From Octopus sinensis (lineage: Eukaryota), in contig NC_042998.1 of NCBI RefSeq assembly GCF_006345805.1, positions 168,392,001 through 168,456,000 on the forward strand: a stretch of DNA of 64,000 nucleotides. Reading direction: 5' to 3'. Below are positions 39,717 to 54,924 of this stretch, piece by piece. A program made the translations under genes and the position numbers. Below the pieces are notes generated by a model, which ran no database searches, was not told the DNA's origin, and worked only from the letters and a program-made list of their open reading frames with translations. Positions within the stretch are counted from its first letter, which is position 1; every line of letters starts with the position of its first letter.

Positions 39717-40836
39717 CAGGGGTTGGACAAAATAATAGAAACACCTAGCATCATAGCATTATAATTTTCAAATGTCTATAAAACCACCAAAAGCTTGTTT
39801 ATTTTTATGTTTTTTGATTTATTATTACTGTTGCTTAATATGTTTGGCCAAAATTGCTGTTTCTTTTCAGATATCATCAGAAAAAGATAATTAAAATTCA
39901 TTAAAATAACAGACTTATCAGACTTTCACAGAGGTCAAATTGTTGGTGCTCGTATGGCAGGCGCTAGCGTAATGAAAACAGCCGAAATGTTTGGTGTATC
40001 AAGAATTACTGTCTCGAAAGTAATGACTGCCTTTGAGAAAGGGGGAAAAACCTCCTCGTCGAAACAAAACTCCGGAAGAAAATCAAAACTTTCAGATAGG
40101 GACCATCGGAATCTGACGTGAACTGTTAGAAAGGATCACAAAAACACAACTCCCAAAATTACGACAGAGGTTAATGACCAACTCGAGAGCCCAGTTTCCA
40201 CAACAACTATTCGCCGGGATCTGCACAAAGCCGGATTTCACAGGAGGGCTGCAACCAGAAAGCCACTACTTTCAAAAGTTGTAAAGCGTTTAGAGTGGAG
40301 TAAAAACCTACAGAGTTGGTCCCTAGAGCAATGGAAGAATGATATTTTCTTGGACGAATCATCATTTACCTTATTTCCGACCATGGCAGAATTGATAGTC
40401 AAGACTATTTAAGCATTTTATCTGGTGAAATTCATCTTATGGTTGCAGAACTGTTTCCAGAGAGAAACGCAATCTTTCAGGATGATATTGCACCAATTCA
40501 CACAGCTAAAGTAACAAAATTTCACAAGGAACATTCTAATGAACTCGAACATCTTATCTGGCCACCACAGTCCCCAGATCTCAGTATTATTGAACATTTA
40601 TGGTGCATTTTACAAAAACAAGTAAGGAGTCGATATCCTCCACCATCATCACTACAAGAACTGGAGACTGTTTTAGTTGAAGAATGGACAAAAATTCTTT
40701 TGGAAACAATTCAAACTTAGTACAAGTCAATACCTCGTAGAATTGAAACTCTAATTACTGTCAAAGGCGGTCCTACCCTATTAAAATAAATTTGTTTGAA
40801 ATTTTAAGGTGTTTCCATTAGTTTGTCCAACCCCTG
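39717..40836 (+). mobile_element. Tc1 element with both TIRs and TA TSD, internally deleted
   Basis: TA-CAGGGGTTGGACAAA...TTTGTCCAACCCCTG-TA; FQDDIAPIH and WPPQSPDLSIIEHLW motifs. Confidence 0.95.
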
Positions 40837-40874
<38 letters not shown>

Positions 40875-40898
40875 GTGGGAGTCAAAGTTTATATTTAC

Positions 40899-41042
40899 AC
40901 CGTGTTGCTTGAAGTCAAATACTTCAATATCTCTTTGAAGTTGTTTCGAACAGTCATGTCTCACATTTAGTCTTAATTTTCCGTAATGCAGAAGTTTCTT
41001 CCATTTCTTGCTAGTTACTACCATATTTGATAACTGTCTCAG
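40899..41042 (-). CDS. Host gene internal exon (LRQLSNMVV...FDFKQHG)
   Basis: Acceptor TTTTCGTTCGTTTCTTTACTTTCAG, donor GTAAAT, 144 nt. Only phase 0 is open. Confidence 0.78.
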
Positions 41043-41102
41043 CTGAAAGTAAAGAAACGAACGAAAATACAGTTCTATATTTAAGAGATGAGGAATTATG
41101 TA

Positions 41103-41249
41103 CATTATTTACAATTGACGGATATTTGTCCTCATCTTGTTTGTTGTCAACACAACGTTTCAGCTGATATACGCTCCAACGTTCATCAGGTGTTTTGGGG
41201 AAATTTCGAGCCTGGGTTCTCATTCCGAAGGTATTTTTCGATGTTGTTG

Positions 41250-41286
<37 letters not shown>

Positions 41287-41395
41287 TATAATTATTATTA
41301 TTCAGGTCACTGCCTGGAATTGAACTCGGAATCTTGGGGTTAGTAGCCCGCGCCATATGCCCATGGTAACCACAGCGCCATATGCCCGTGGGAAT
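41103..41395 (-). mobile_element. tRNA-headed short element with (TAA)n linker and hammerhead-like tail (family H1)
   Basis: A-box-like TGGCGCTGTGG and B-box GTTCAATTC (41317-41325), then AACAC-CUGAUGA-A-...-GAAACGU-U-GUGUU at 41149-41194. Confidence 0.7.
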
Positions 41396-41399
41396 ATGA

Positions 41400-41567
41400 A
41401 TAATTATAATAATAATAATAATAAAACATCGAAAAATACCTTAGGAATGAGAACCCAGGTTTGAAATTTCCCCAAGACATCTGATGAAGGCTGGAGGGTA
41501 TATCAGTCGAAACGTTGTGTTGACAACAAACAAGATGAGGACAAATATCCGTCAATTGTAAATAATG
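41400..41567 (+). ncRNA. Inverted copy of the H1 tail with an intact minimal type-I hammerhead fold
   Basis: GACAU-CUGAUGA-A-GGCUG-(10 nt)-CAGUC-GAAACGU-U-GUGUU at 41476-41521. Confidence 0.72.
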
Positions 41568-41794
41568 AACGAAATATTTAATGAGAACCTTACGTAAACC
41601 AAAGACAAATTAACTATTCCAAAAACATATTGCCATTGAATAAGTAACGTAAATTTCTGCTGTTAAGTTTATAGGTTATAATTTTCTCCCCGATTTCATA
41701 AAAATTCTTCGATTTACTAAATTTGTATACAAAAAGTACTAACGAATACTATCTATACATAAAGGCGCGCTGCATGGGTGAGCGTATTTTTTAT

Positions 41795-42200
41795 CTTTTC
41801 CTTGTCTCAGTCATTTGACTGCGACCATGCTGAGACACCGCCTTGAAGGGTTTTACTCTAACAAATCGCCCCCAGGGCTTATCTTTTTTTAAAGCCCTGT
41901 ACCCATTCTTGCAGATACGCTAAGTTACGGAGACGTAAACACACACCAACACCGGTTGTCAAACGGTGGGGGTGGAGGGGCAAACAGACACAAAGACATA
42001 CACACACACAAACGAACACACATACACACACATATATATACACATTTGACGGGTTTCTTTAAGTTTCCACCTACCAAATCCACTCACAAGGCTTTGGTCG
42101 GCCCGAGACTATAGTAGCAGACATTTATCCAAGTTGCGACGCTCTGGGACTGAACCCGGAACCATGTAGCTTGGAAGCAAACTTCTTACAACACAGTACA
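41795..42200 (-). mobile_element. tRNA-SINE family B
   Basis: Reverse complement of the 20151-20540 family. Confidence 0.85.
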
Positions 42201-42230
42201 TACATGTGTGTGTGTCTGTATAAGTTTATA

Positions 42231-42616
42231 TGTGGAGGCGCAATGGCCCAGTGGTTAGGGCAGCGGACTCGCGGTCATAGGATCGTGGTTTCGATTCCCA
42301 GACCGGGCGTTGTGAGTGTTTATTGAGCGAAAACACCTAAAGCTCCACGAGGCTCCGGCAGGGGATGGTGGTGATCCCTGCTGTACTCTTTCACCACAAC
42401 TTTCTCTCACTCTTACTTCCTGTTTCTGTTGTACCTGTATTTCAAAGGGCCGGCCTTGTCACTCTCTGTGTCACGCTGAATATCCCCGAGAACTACGTTA
42501 AGGGTACACGTGTCTGTGGAGTACTCAGCCACTTACACGTTAATTTCACGAGCAGGCTGTTCCGTTGATTCGGATCAACCGGAACCCTCGTCGTCGTAAC
42601 CGACGGAGAGCTTCCA
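42231..42616 (+). mobile_element. tRNA-SINE family C, full length, with TSD
   Basis: A and B boxes; TAAGTTTATA duplicated at 42221-42230 and 42617-42626. Confidence 0.9.
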
Positions 42617-43763
42617 TAAGTTTATATACACCCACAAACATCAGATTGCACCTGCAATACAAAGGTACAGGCCGTCACACACACACACGTTGCGTTACAT
42701 CAATTCTGTGTGGCGATTATGCCAAGGCTGCAAGTGTCAACACAATGCACTAATTCAGTTGGTAATTTGGTTGATCGAAGAACTGAATTCTGGCTTTCGA
42801 AAAAGATGGACGTCCATTTGGTTACATACACACATATACACACACAACGGTACGCACACATACACACACACAACAGTACACACACATACACGTTTTTGTA
42901 AATAATCGGTAGAAGTTCATTTTCAAAATTAAATTTCTTCATTTAAAGTTTTTTTACACCACGGAAGTGTAATGCATATCGCTTGATTGTATGCAGAAAG
43001 ATCCGACAGGTACGCAATTATGTGCTCTCTGTTGTGTTGTAGGAGGCCTCTAATATTTAACGTGGAATTGTAAGGATCCGTTGGACGATAACTAACGAGG
43101 AATTTATAACTTCTCGTCTACAATATGTAGAAATATTAAACTATTTCTATACAATTTCTTTTCCTCCCTCTATTGTGGTAAATGTTTGATATATACTCAA
43201 AAGTATTCATAAATTTCTATCCTTTTGTTACAATATTCTTCTTAATAATCTTTTGAAGAACCCTAAACTTTAACTGTATACAATATAGCCACATTGTTTT
43301 AAAGTATTTAACTTCCCCTGTTTCATTATCAATAGTCTGTTAGTGGGCGACTCCTTAATTATCAGCTAACAGTTTTCCCTTACTAAACCTAATGACATTG
43401 CTTCTAATAAATCTTGATTTTTATGACTTTACCATCTAGAATGTTCGTCTACTCCCTCAACCCTATCCCAAACAGATACTGCCCTCTGTTTCTCTCAGCC
43501 TTAAATATACAAGGGATTTGATAAACTAGTCTATAAATTTAAAATGACCCCATAAAAAAAAAATCAGTGACAGGCAGTGTCTTCTTGAAAATTTTTAGTT
43601 ACGGCTATGCTGTTGTAGGTACAACATGTTCTTTATCTATCTCCTTAATTTCTTGGAGATTTTAGGTATAATTATACTGTGTCCATCTGTTCTAATTTAA
43701 TTAAATTATATGTCTTTGTGCAGCTGAAGATTGGTCTACATTTTAAATTGATGTAATGATTAT

Positions 43764-43832
<69 letters not shown>

Positions 43833-44353
43833 ATATTAAGGAAAGTATATTACTACAGTTTCAAACATACGGTATCCAAAGGCCGAACGATACGCATTTT
43901 CTATTAACTGAGTTGAATAATTTTCTCTCTACATCCCAGCATCCCAGCACCCCCATATACATAACGGGAACTGTATGAATATATATATATATACGAGTGA
44001 GAGGACAAAAAAGGGCACTCAACCAATTTATTGGGAATTACATGTATGGGTCAAGACAGTTTGATTTAAATTCGTTGGTACTCTTGAGTTTCAAGCGTAA
44101 TGTTAAATTTGAGTTGAAAATTTGATTTAGACGATAAAAATTTGATGAACTAACAGATAATGAACAGTAAAAACGTGACTGCCTGGGAGTGGGGACTTAG
44201 GTAGGACGTTCATCCTCATTTTATAATTATAAACATTTCATTCATCGTTTTGTATCTAATGTCCCCACTTGTGTTGTCTGTCCTCGTGCCGTCCCCTCTA
44301 TGCTCGCGCCTTTATGCCTAATAAAGAAATAAGTCGTCAGCCATTTTGAATTT

Positions 44354-44389
<36 letters not shown>

Positions 44390-44725
44390 CTATGTATGTA
44401 TATGTATGTATAACATGCGTATTTCAAACGTTTCTAATTTAACCCCGGTTTTATCCCATCGCTAAAACTTAGCTGTAAAAGCCTTGGCAGTCATTGTTAA
44501 ATAGTTTGTAATATCAGCATTTTGGAGTGGTAATATATCAATATCATGGACAAGATATGGCTTATTCGACTTCTTAATACGATGTGAGAGACTTGATCTC
44601 CACATATGTGTATGGTTTGTATACGTGTATGTGTAGAATGAATGTTTATTAATAAAAGAGGTCCTCGATTTCCCGAAAAGAATGATATAGATAACACCAA
44701 TTTCGTTACATAAAATATGAATTAC

Positions 44726-44857
44726 TAAGCATGGATCCGAATCTTCGTCGAAATTTTCTTCATGCACTACTTCAAAATATTTCGAGTGCTCATGCCTTTT
44801 TGGTTTTAATGCATCAAACCTTGTGTAATGGAATAACAAGCCGGTTGTTACTGATGT
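44726..44857 (-). CDS. Host gene internal exon (TSVTTGLLF...DEDSDPCL)
   Basis: Acceptor CTTCTTCTTTTCACTTTCAG, donor GTAATT, 132 nt, phase 0-0. Confidence 0.72.
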
Positions 44858-45361
44858 CTGAAAGTGAAAAGAAGAAGCAAATTCACATACGAGACAAACC
44901 TAAATTAAGAAAATTTAATACAACTTATGGCCATGATTTTTGCCAGCTTTGATACCAGTAATTTAGTTTTGAATGATTCTATTAGGTTTTAACTAGTTCA
45001 GAAGTTTTTAGGAGTAATGTGTACGAACGAGCCGCCAGATTGAGTGAGATGTGTGCATTAAATTCACATCCGCATCAAAACTACAATAGATTAGCATTAA
45101 GAAGAATCAGACTTTTTTCTCTTTCAGTCTTTTCTAACCAGCAGAAAAGCTGGTTAAAAAAAGATAGAGAAAATGAATTAGTATTAAAGTTTTGGACTAA
45201 ACGGGAAGTGAGACAAAATTGTTTAATGTGCCTGGCCTTTCTATGCATCATTTGAGTTTCCAACCAAAGACGAACTTGCGGCGTACGCTGTCGACAGACT
45301 AGTAATGGAGACTAATTCAACCTTCGAATCAAAGCCTGCGATTTCAAGAGAAAAAGAAATA

Positions 45362-45396
<35 letters not shown>

Positions 45397-45399
<3 letters not shown>

Positions 45400-46607
45400 G
45401 GTAAATGTTTTTTTAATTTTCTCTCTCTGTTTACGGAATTGATCTTTATTTGCGGTAGAAGCTTTGGCTTTTTTCTAGTGGGTGAATGGCCTATTATGGC
45501 CGTTCCTTAATTGTTAATGTTGAACTTAAAAATGGTCTATGACTATTTAATTTTTTCCCACTGGGCCGCCTGGTGGCAATAAAATTCTACAAAATTTTCC
45601 TTGCCACCCTATATTGATTAATTATGAATTTTTTGGTTAATTCCGTAATGGAATCGACGGCTGATATTTATTTTCTGCCGATAAATTTGGCGCGAGTGCG
45701 ACGATTTGAAAATTTTAGGTCAGATATTGACTTGGCAAGATTGGGTATGCCTCGTGTAAATATCTGTTCCGACTTGAGCTATTTCTTGCTGAAGAATCCG
45801 AGGGCTTATGGAAGATTGGCTTGATTTAATTTAATCAGGTTAGTTTACCATTAAACAGCGGATGAAACGGTATACCGTACAAGAAATTACAGGGTAAATG
45901 TTTTTTTTAATTTTCTCCTGTTTACGGAATTGATCTTTATTTGCGGTAGAAGCTTTGGCTGTTATTTCTAGTGGGTGAATGGCCTATTATGGCCGTTCCT
46001 TAATTGTTAATGTTGAACTTAAAAATGGTCTATGACTATTTAATTTTTTCCCACTGGGCCGCGGTGGCAATAAAATTCTACAAAATTTTCCTTGCCACCC
46101 TATATTGATTAATTATGAATTTTTTGGTTAATTCCGTAATGGAATCGACGGCTGATATATTTATTTGCTGCCGATAAATTTGGCGCGAGTGCGACGATTT
46201 GAAAATTTTAGGTCAGATATTGACTTGGCAAGATTGGGTATGCCTCGTGTAAATATCTGTTCCGACTTGAGCTATTTCTTGCTGAAGAATCCGAGGGCTT
46301 ATGGAAGATTGGCTTGATTTAATTAATCAGGTTAGTTTACCATTAAACAGCGGATGAAACGGTATACCGTACAAGAAATTACAGGGTAAATGTTTTTTTT
46401 AATTTTCTCCTGTTTACGGAATTGATCTTTATTTGCGGTAGAAGCTTTGGCTGTTATTTCTAGTGGGTGAATGGCCTATTATGGCCGTTCCTTAATTGTT
46501 AATGTTGAACTTAAAAATGGTCTATGACTATTTAATTTTTTCCCACTGGCCGCATGGTGGCAATAAAATTCTACAAAATTTTCCTTGCACCCCTATATTG
46601 ATTAATT

Positions 46608-46608
<1 letters not shown>
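45397..46608. repeat. Tandem repeat of a ~492-bp unit, about 2.5 copies
   Basis: CAGGGTAAATG unit starts at 45397, 45890 and 46382; near-identical copies differing mainly by small indels. Confidence 0.95.
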
Positions 46609-48252
<1,644 letters not shown>

Positions 48253-49599
48253 ACGATCTGGCAGTTACGTATTTAAAAAAAACAACTTTTTAATTATTAA
48301 TGGATCTTGTAGTTAATACCATAATTACTATTAAGTTGTTGATACGTCGGACAAAATGTTTAAAGGCATTTCTTCCCGTTTAGACCCCCTCCACTCAAAA
48401 GTTCAGGCTTTGTGCTTATTGTTAGAAGAATTAAAGTGCTTTACGATTTTTATTCCAGTTTTTTTTTAATGTTTTGAGTTCAAATCGCACTGAAGTCACT
48501 ATTGCTTTACATTTTTCTTTTTTTTTAAGATTGAAAAAATAAAGTACGAGTCAATGATTGGTGTTGATACAATCTCTGTCGGAGTCGATATAATCCTCAA
48601 ATTTCAGACTTAATGATTATGGCTAAAATTATTGAATTACTACTTTGCATATATGACACTAGCGTCTTCTTATCTCGGCAATATTCATCTGAGACACGGA
48701 CGCCATATTGAAGCGTCAAACATCAGCTGAAGATCTTTTACACTTGATGCAAATACTGGAAAAGTCTATTTCAAGATGAAAAGTTGGCTCATCAAATATA
48801 TATTCGATGGACAGGTCATATCACCTATCTTGACTTTAGGCTTCCATAAGCAATTACTTCATGATGAATTAGTTCTCGGTAAGCGTCCTTAACACAAACC
48901 AAGACAAAACAATTTTTGAAATTATTTCTACAGGTTTTCTATAGATATTATAGCCAGCACTGAAAGCCCGCACCTTTCGTATACGAACACGTCTATGTAA
49001 ACAAAGCAATCGAAGATAGAATATAGGTAATGGGTGTATATGCATATTTCAGGAGTTCTTGCTCCATCTTCAGCACCACATTAACTAACCACGAACACAT
49101 TGCTTAAATAACTACCAAATATAATTAGGTATAGAAAAATCTGTAGAAATAACTTTAAAAAGTGATTTAATCGCACTGCTAACACAGGTAGGACACGGTA
49201 TTGACTTTAATATATTTAGTAGTATACTATGGTTATATAACGAAATACGGTGTCCCTACGAGTAACTAAAAAAAGAAATTTCATGACGTCACAAAAACAT
49301 TAAATCCTTGATCATCATTACAGTTAATTGGGAACATCTCATATTGAAGAGAAGTGAATGGGGCTTGATAACCATGAAGAATGACATATAGCTCGAGGAA
49401 AATCGAATTGCCTCTCCCCATCCACCAAATAGCGAAACGTAGTGTCTGTGAATTGTAGGTTGCCTACTTCTGTATTTTTTATCTGTTATCTTTTACGTGT
49501 TTCAATCATAAGACTGCAGCCATACTGGGTCACCACACTGAAGAATTTTTAATCGAATTCATCGATCCCACGACTTACTTTTTGTTAAGCCTGGCATTT

Positions 49600-51745
49600 A
49601 TGGAATATTTTCCACATCATGTAGATGAAGTAGCGTACTCGGCGGCGTTGGAGAGAATAAAACTTGAGCTTTTCTAGTCGACCCCAATAGTCAAAGTCTG
49701 TCATGCCATCTATATTTTTTGTAATTGACGTTTGAGATGCTTCAATTTTGATAATACTGTGTTTCGTGTGAAGAGACCATAGTGGACAACAGTATTCAAG
49801 CTGTGGTCGGGCAAAAAGGGAGAACAGAAGGATAATGGTGGGATATCTCTCGACTGGAAAGTTCTGAGAATCCAGGAGCACATTCTGTGGGCCATGTCAA
49901 CTTTGCTGTTTATATGAGCGGCTCAGCTTATGTTGTTGTCCACAATTACTCCCAAGTCTCTGATGTTCTTGGATGCCATGAGAGTTTCACATGAAGGAAG
50001 GGAGTATGGGAGTTTCAGAGTATCCTCTCTTCCGAGGTGGATTAACTCAAATGTGTCCTCATTCAGTAGCATATTATTCTTTTCCGCCCATTGGATGACA
50101 GCTAATAGATCTGACTGAAGGCATGTCCGGTTACCCACTTCATTGATGATCTTCTGGATCTTGGAATTATCTGCAAAGCTTCTTATGTTACTGTACTTCA
50201 TGATGTCATTGATGTAGATGATGAAAAGAAGTGGGCCCAACACAGTACCTTGAGGAACATCACTACTGACTTTGGCTGGGCTTGATTTTACTCCGTCAAC
50301 TACAACGTGTTGGGTTCTGCTTGTCAGGAAACACTTGATCCATTGTTGTAACTTTCCAGAAACACCAATATTGGATAATTTTTTCAAGAGGTCCTTATGA
50401 CCCATCCTGTCAAAAGTCTTGCTAAAATCAAGGTAGATGACATTAGTATTCGAGCCCTCTCCCAATGCTCTCAAAATGTCATCAAGGTGATGATATGAGA
50501 GGTGAGCGAGATCGGCTGGTAGTTCACTGCAAGAACTTGTTTCCCTTTTTGAAAACTGAGACAACAGACTGGGACAGAAAGTTTTCAGGAATATAACCAG
50601 CCTCCAGTGAGTTCCTCCACAGATTAACAAGAGGAGATGCAAGTCGGTGTCGACACACTTTCAGGACACAAGCAAGGAACCTGAATTGTATTTAATTTCG
50701 TTTATTGCCGCTAAGACATCAAAGGCGACAAACGTCATGTCCGATATAGTGTGTTCAGGATTAACATGATACAGTCCAGATCGGTCATATTAGAATTGCT
50801 AAAAACTGAGCAGCACTGTTTCTGCAGTATCTCACTCAAGGTTTTGGCATTATCTTGGAGAGTGCCATTATCATCAATTAGAGGACCAACAATGAAGACA
50901 GTGACCATGTGTTTTTCGCAAAGTTGAAGAACACTTTGGTGTTGAGTTTGATTTTCTCAGTGGCCCATTTCTTCTCAACCGTTCCTTGGTTATTGATGAT
51001 GGTCTTCATGTATTGTTGGAAGTTATACTTTTCTGATTCAAGCAGGGTGATAGCCGTCGAATTTATGTATGGTTGTTGGCAGTATTTTAGTTCGTTATTT
51101 TTTTGTTTGTTTTTTTTATTTCTCTGATAATCGTTTTTTGTTTTGGAGAATTCTGTGCTTAGTTTCCTTCACGGGTCTTGATGGGGTGTGTTTAGCACAT
51201 ATGTTTGTGACAGTGTCCAGAAAGATTTGCCAAGATATTTTGATGCTGGAGGAGGTGTGTGCATGTGTGAAAGACCAGTCAAAATGTGATAGATTGTTTA
51301 TGAAGGCGTCCCAGTCGGCATCATAGAGATCCATGGTGGGCTGGAGAGAGATCATTGGGGTTAGCTTTCGGCTAGTGGAATCTCAGGTTACAAAGAACCA
51401 TGTCATGGTCTGAAACAAGGATTTTTCCATTGTGATATTGTGTATAGTGTTTGTGTTGTTACTAAATACAAGGTCTAAAATGTTCTGATATCTTGTTGGT
51501 GCAAGGACAAGTTGGGACAAGAAAAACTTATTCATAAAGTCGAGAAGTAACTCTACTGCTTCTTTGTCAGCTTTGAGGTGGGAGTGCCTGATTTCAAACT
51601 ACTTGTAGACCAATCAACACAGGGTAGATTGAAATCTCCCATCATGATTATGTTATTAGAATGGCACTTTTGAAAAAAAGCACTTAATGTTGTTGAGACA
51701 TTCATTAAAGTGCAGTACGGGTGTTTGAGGTGGTCTATACAGTTC
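49600..51745 (-). mobile_element. CR1/L2-like LINE, EN-RT portion, inverted relative to its 3' end
   Basis: IYLDFSKTFD, VPQGTVLGPLLFIIYIND and FADNSKI in RT; IIMMGDFNLP in the endonuclease. Confidence 0.9.
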
Positions 51746-51766
51746 AACTACTATATATATATATTC

Positions 51767-52210
51767 TTTATTCTCTCCAACGCCGCCGAGTACGCTACTT
51801 CATCTACATGATGTGGAAAATATTCCATCAGCATTGCCCAAATGATGTTGGCATTGCCTTTAAGATACACCCAAGATTTGGGCCTCGTGCTATCTGCCCA
51901 CAACAAAAATCATACTTGCATCACATAACAATACGGGACAATTATTTCACCTCAATAGACCCCGCTCTCTTTAACATTACACCAAAACACATTAAAGTAG
52001 AGACAGACCCCATAAAGTTCAAGAAGTCTTTAGACAAATTCCTTCAAAAAATTCTGGATAAACCTCCCCACCCAGATATGTGTGCGTAAACAATAACTTT
52101 TTACTTAAGTGGGCCATATTCCCCGATTAAAATGTCATTGCCAGGTGGTGCTATTAGGTTAGACATGGCCTGGGCCAATACTGACCGAAACCTATCAAAT
52201 TATCAAAGTA
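51767..52210 (+). mobile_element. 3' end of the same CR1/L2-like LINE
   Basis: YSLQRRRVRY...FKKSLDKFLQKILDKP, followed by a 3' UTR ending in TATCAA repeats. Confidence 0.88.
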
Positions 52211-53125
52211 TATATAAACACACACACACAAACACACACATATATATATACATACATACATGCACGCACACACGCATATATATACAGACCCACACACACA
52301 TATATATATATACACGCACATATATATATATATTTATAAATGAGGGTGAAAAATTTTATATTAATTTAATAATACCATCAATTTAACACCAAGTGGCTTA
52401 GCACATAAAAATCAGGGATACAATTGTTTCATTATTAATGAAATAATGAAACAATTGTTCAGGGTTAATCTATTTTTTCGTTATTTTTCACTTGCCCCAC
52501 GTTAAATGTTGTGTTATTTCTCCTTGGAAACAATTTTTTAGTGGCTATACCATAGTGGATCTATTTTTAGCACTAGAGTAGACCACATAGTGGTCACTCT
52601 CTCATATTTATGTATATATATATATATATGCATACACACACACATATACATACATATATACATATATATATATATACAAGATAAGAAAATGGAGAAATAC
52701 ATCTAAATCAAATATCAATTACACGATAATACTCAATCACTTATACTTATTATACATCATTACTCTTTTATGTACACTTTTTTATGTACACTACTGTATG
52801 TACACTGATTTGTTCTGCTTTTTATATGTAACCCTACAGTCTCTTATGTGGTGGTTTATTAAAGTATGTGATTGAGTATTATCGTGTAACTGATATTTGA
52901 TTTAGATGTATTTCTCCATTATCTTATCTTGTATTAGTAATTTGTGGTAAATCATTTTACCTTTGCCCATATAATACAGTAAATGAATTGATTGCATCGC
53001 AATCATTAACATTTATGTATTAACTTTGTTGGGTACTTCACTAGCAGTATATTGGATATATGTTATCCCATGGAGGGTTGCATTTACAACCCCTATCTCA
53101 ATTTGTACATATATATATATATATA

Positions 53126-53291
53126 TAGGCGCAGGCGTGGCTGTGTGGTAGAAGTTTGCTTCCCAATCACACGGTTCTGGGCTCAATTCCACAGCGTTGA
53201 ACCTTGGGCAATAGTCTTCTACTACAACTTCCGGCCGGCCGACCAAACCCTTGTGAGAGGATTTGGTGGACGGAGACTGAAAGAAGCCTGT

Positions 53292-53374
<83 letters not shown>

Positions 53375-53592
53375 TTGTGTGTGTCCTTGTGTCTGTGTTT
53401 GTCTCCCCCGTTACTGCTTGACAACTGATGTTGATGTGTTTACGTCCCCGTAACTTAGCGGTTCCGCAAAAGAAAACCGATAGAATAAGTACTAGGCTTT
53501 AAAAAATAAAACCTGAGGTTGATTTATATGGCTAAAACCCTTCAAGGTGGGGCTCCAGCATGACCGTAGTCAAACGGCTGTAACAAGTAGAA
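53126..53592 (+). mobile_element. tRNA-SINE family B with long internal (GT)n
   Basis: TAGGCGCAGGCGTGGCTGTGTGG head. Confidence 0.88.
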
Positions 53593-53641
53593 GAATGTGT
53601 GTGTGAGTGTGTTTGTGTGCGTGTGTGCGTGCGTGTGTGTG

Positions 53642-53688
<47 letters not shown>

Positions 53689-54097
53689 ATGTGTATTCTG
53701 TTGGATATCAATTAGATGCGTGAATGAATGTAAGTGAAACGGCCTCATTGAAAATCAGGAAACGCAGTGAAAAGAATGAGATAGTTTTACTTCTATGATC
53801 AAGGACAAAGGGTTTTTTTTAAAACACAGGAATACTTCTGGAGCAGCAAGTGTCCGTCCCCGAGTAAACAGATAAAAAATTTTGAATGCGAATTATTATG
53901 ATAAGAAAGAAAGAATGAAAGGAAGAAAGGAAGAAAGATAGAAAGAAAGTAAGAAAGAAAGAGGGCATAAGTATTATGCATATACAACATCATATATGTG
54001 TATTGCCACGCTCATTTAATTATGCACATACCTATTCATGTATATAAAGAGAAGGAAAGGAATATGAAGAATATGTGTATATATTTGTATATGTATT

Positions 54098-54167
<70 letters not shown>

Positions 54168-54186
54168 TTATATATATATACACACA

Positions 54187-54275
<89 letters not shown>

Positions 54276-54339
54276 TATTCAAAATGTGTATTTATTGTTT
54301 CAGCTGTTTTTTCTTCAAAATGCTATACAAAATATTTAC

Positions 54340-54483
54340 TATTTTGTTCTTCCTTTCAAATTCTGCGATTTGTCTTCGAACATCTTCCGGACCTTCTACG
54401 TCTTTTTCCGGTGATGATTTTCGTTCTTCCTCACCAGGGAACAATTTTTTCTTCTTAAGTATCTGTCCGGAAACTTCTTGCAA
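54340..54483 (-). CDS. Host gene internal exon (LQEVSGQIL...FERKNKI)
   Basis: Acceptor TTGTTTGATTTCAG, donor GTAAAT, 144 nt. The other two frames are closed. Confidence 0.8.
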
Positions 54484-54880
54484 CTGAAATCAAACAAGAC
54501 TAATAAAAAAATTAATCAAGCGACAAACTCCCAACTGTCACATCTTTGAGTAAACATTGTAAATGTTAAACAGAAGTTTACATTATCTTTTATCTTATAC
54601 TTACTTCAATCATTGGATTCCAGCCTTGAAGGGTTTACTTGAACAAATCGACCCCAGTACTTACTTTTTTTTTCTTTCAAACCTGTTACTTATTCTGTTT
54701 GACTCTTTTGCCGCACCGCTATGTTACGGGGATGTACAAAAAAAAAAAAATAACGCCTATGATTAAACGGTGGTGAGGACAAATATACGCGCAAAGACGA
54801 ATACAAATACACAGACAGATGCCCCCATCCCCACCTCCCCTCACACATAAACACACACACACACTCTCTCTCTCTCCCTT

Positions 54881-54918
<38 letters not shown>

Positions 54919-54924
54919 GTATAT

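Noticed and set aside
48730-48880. Plus-strand FTLDANTGKVYF, resembling a cadherin-repeat motif, with a GTAAGC donor
   Set aside because: There is an in-frame TGA immediately upstream, no good acceptor and no other cadherin motifs.
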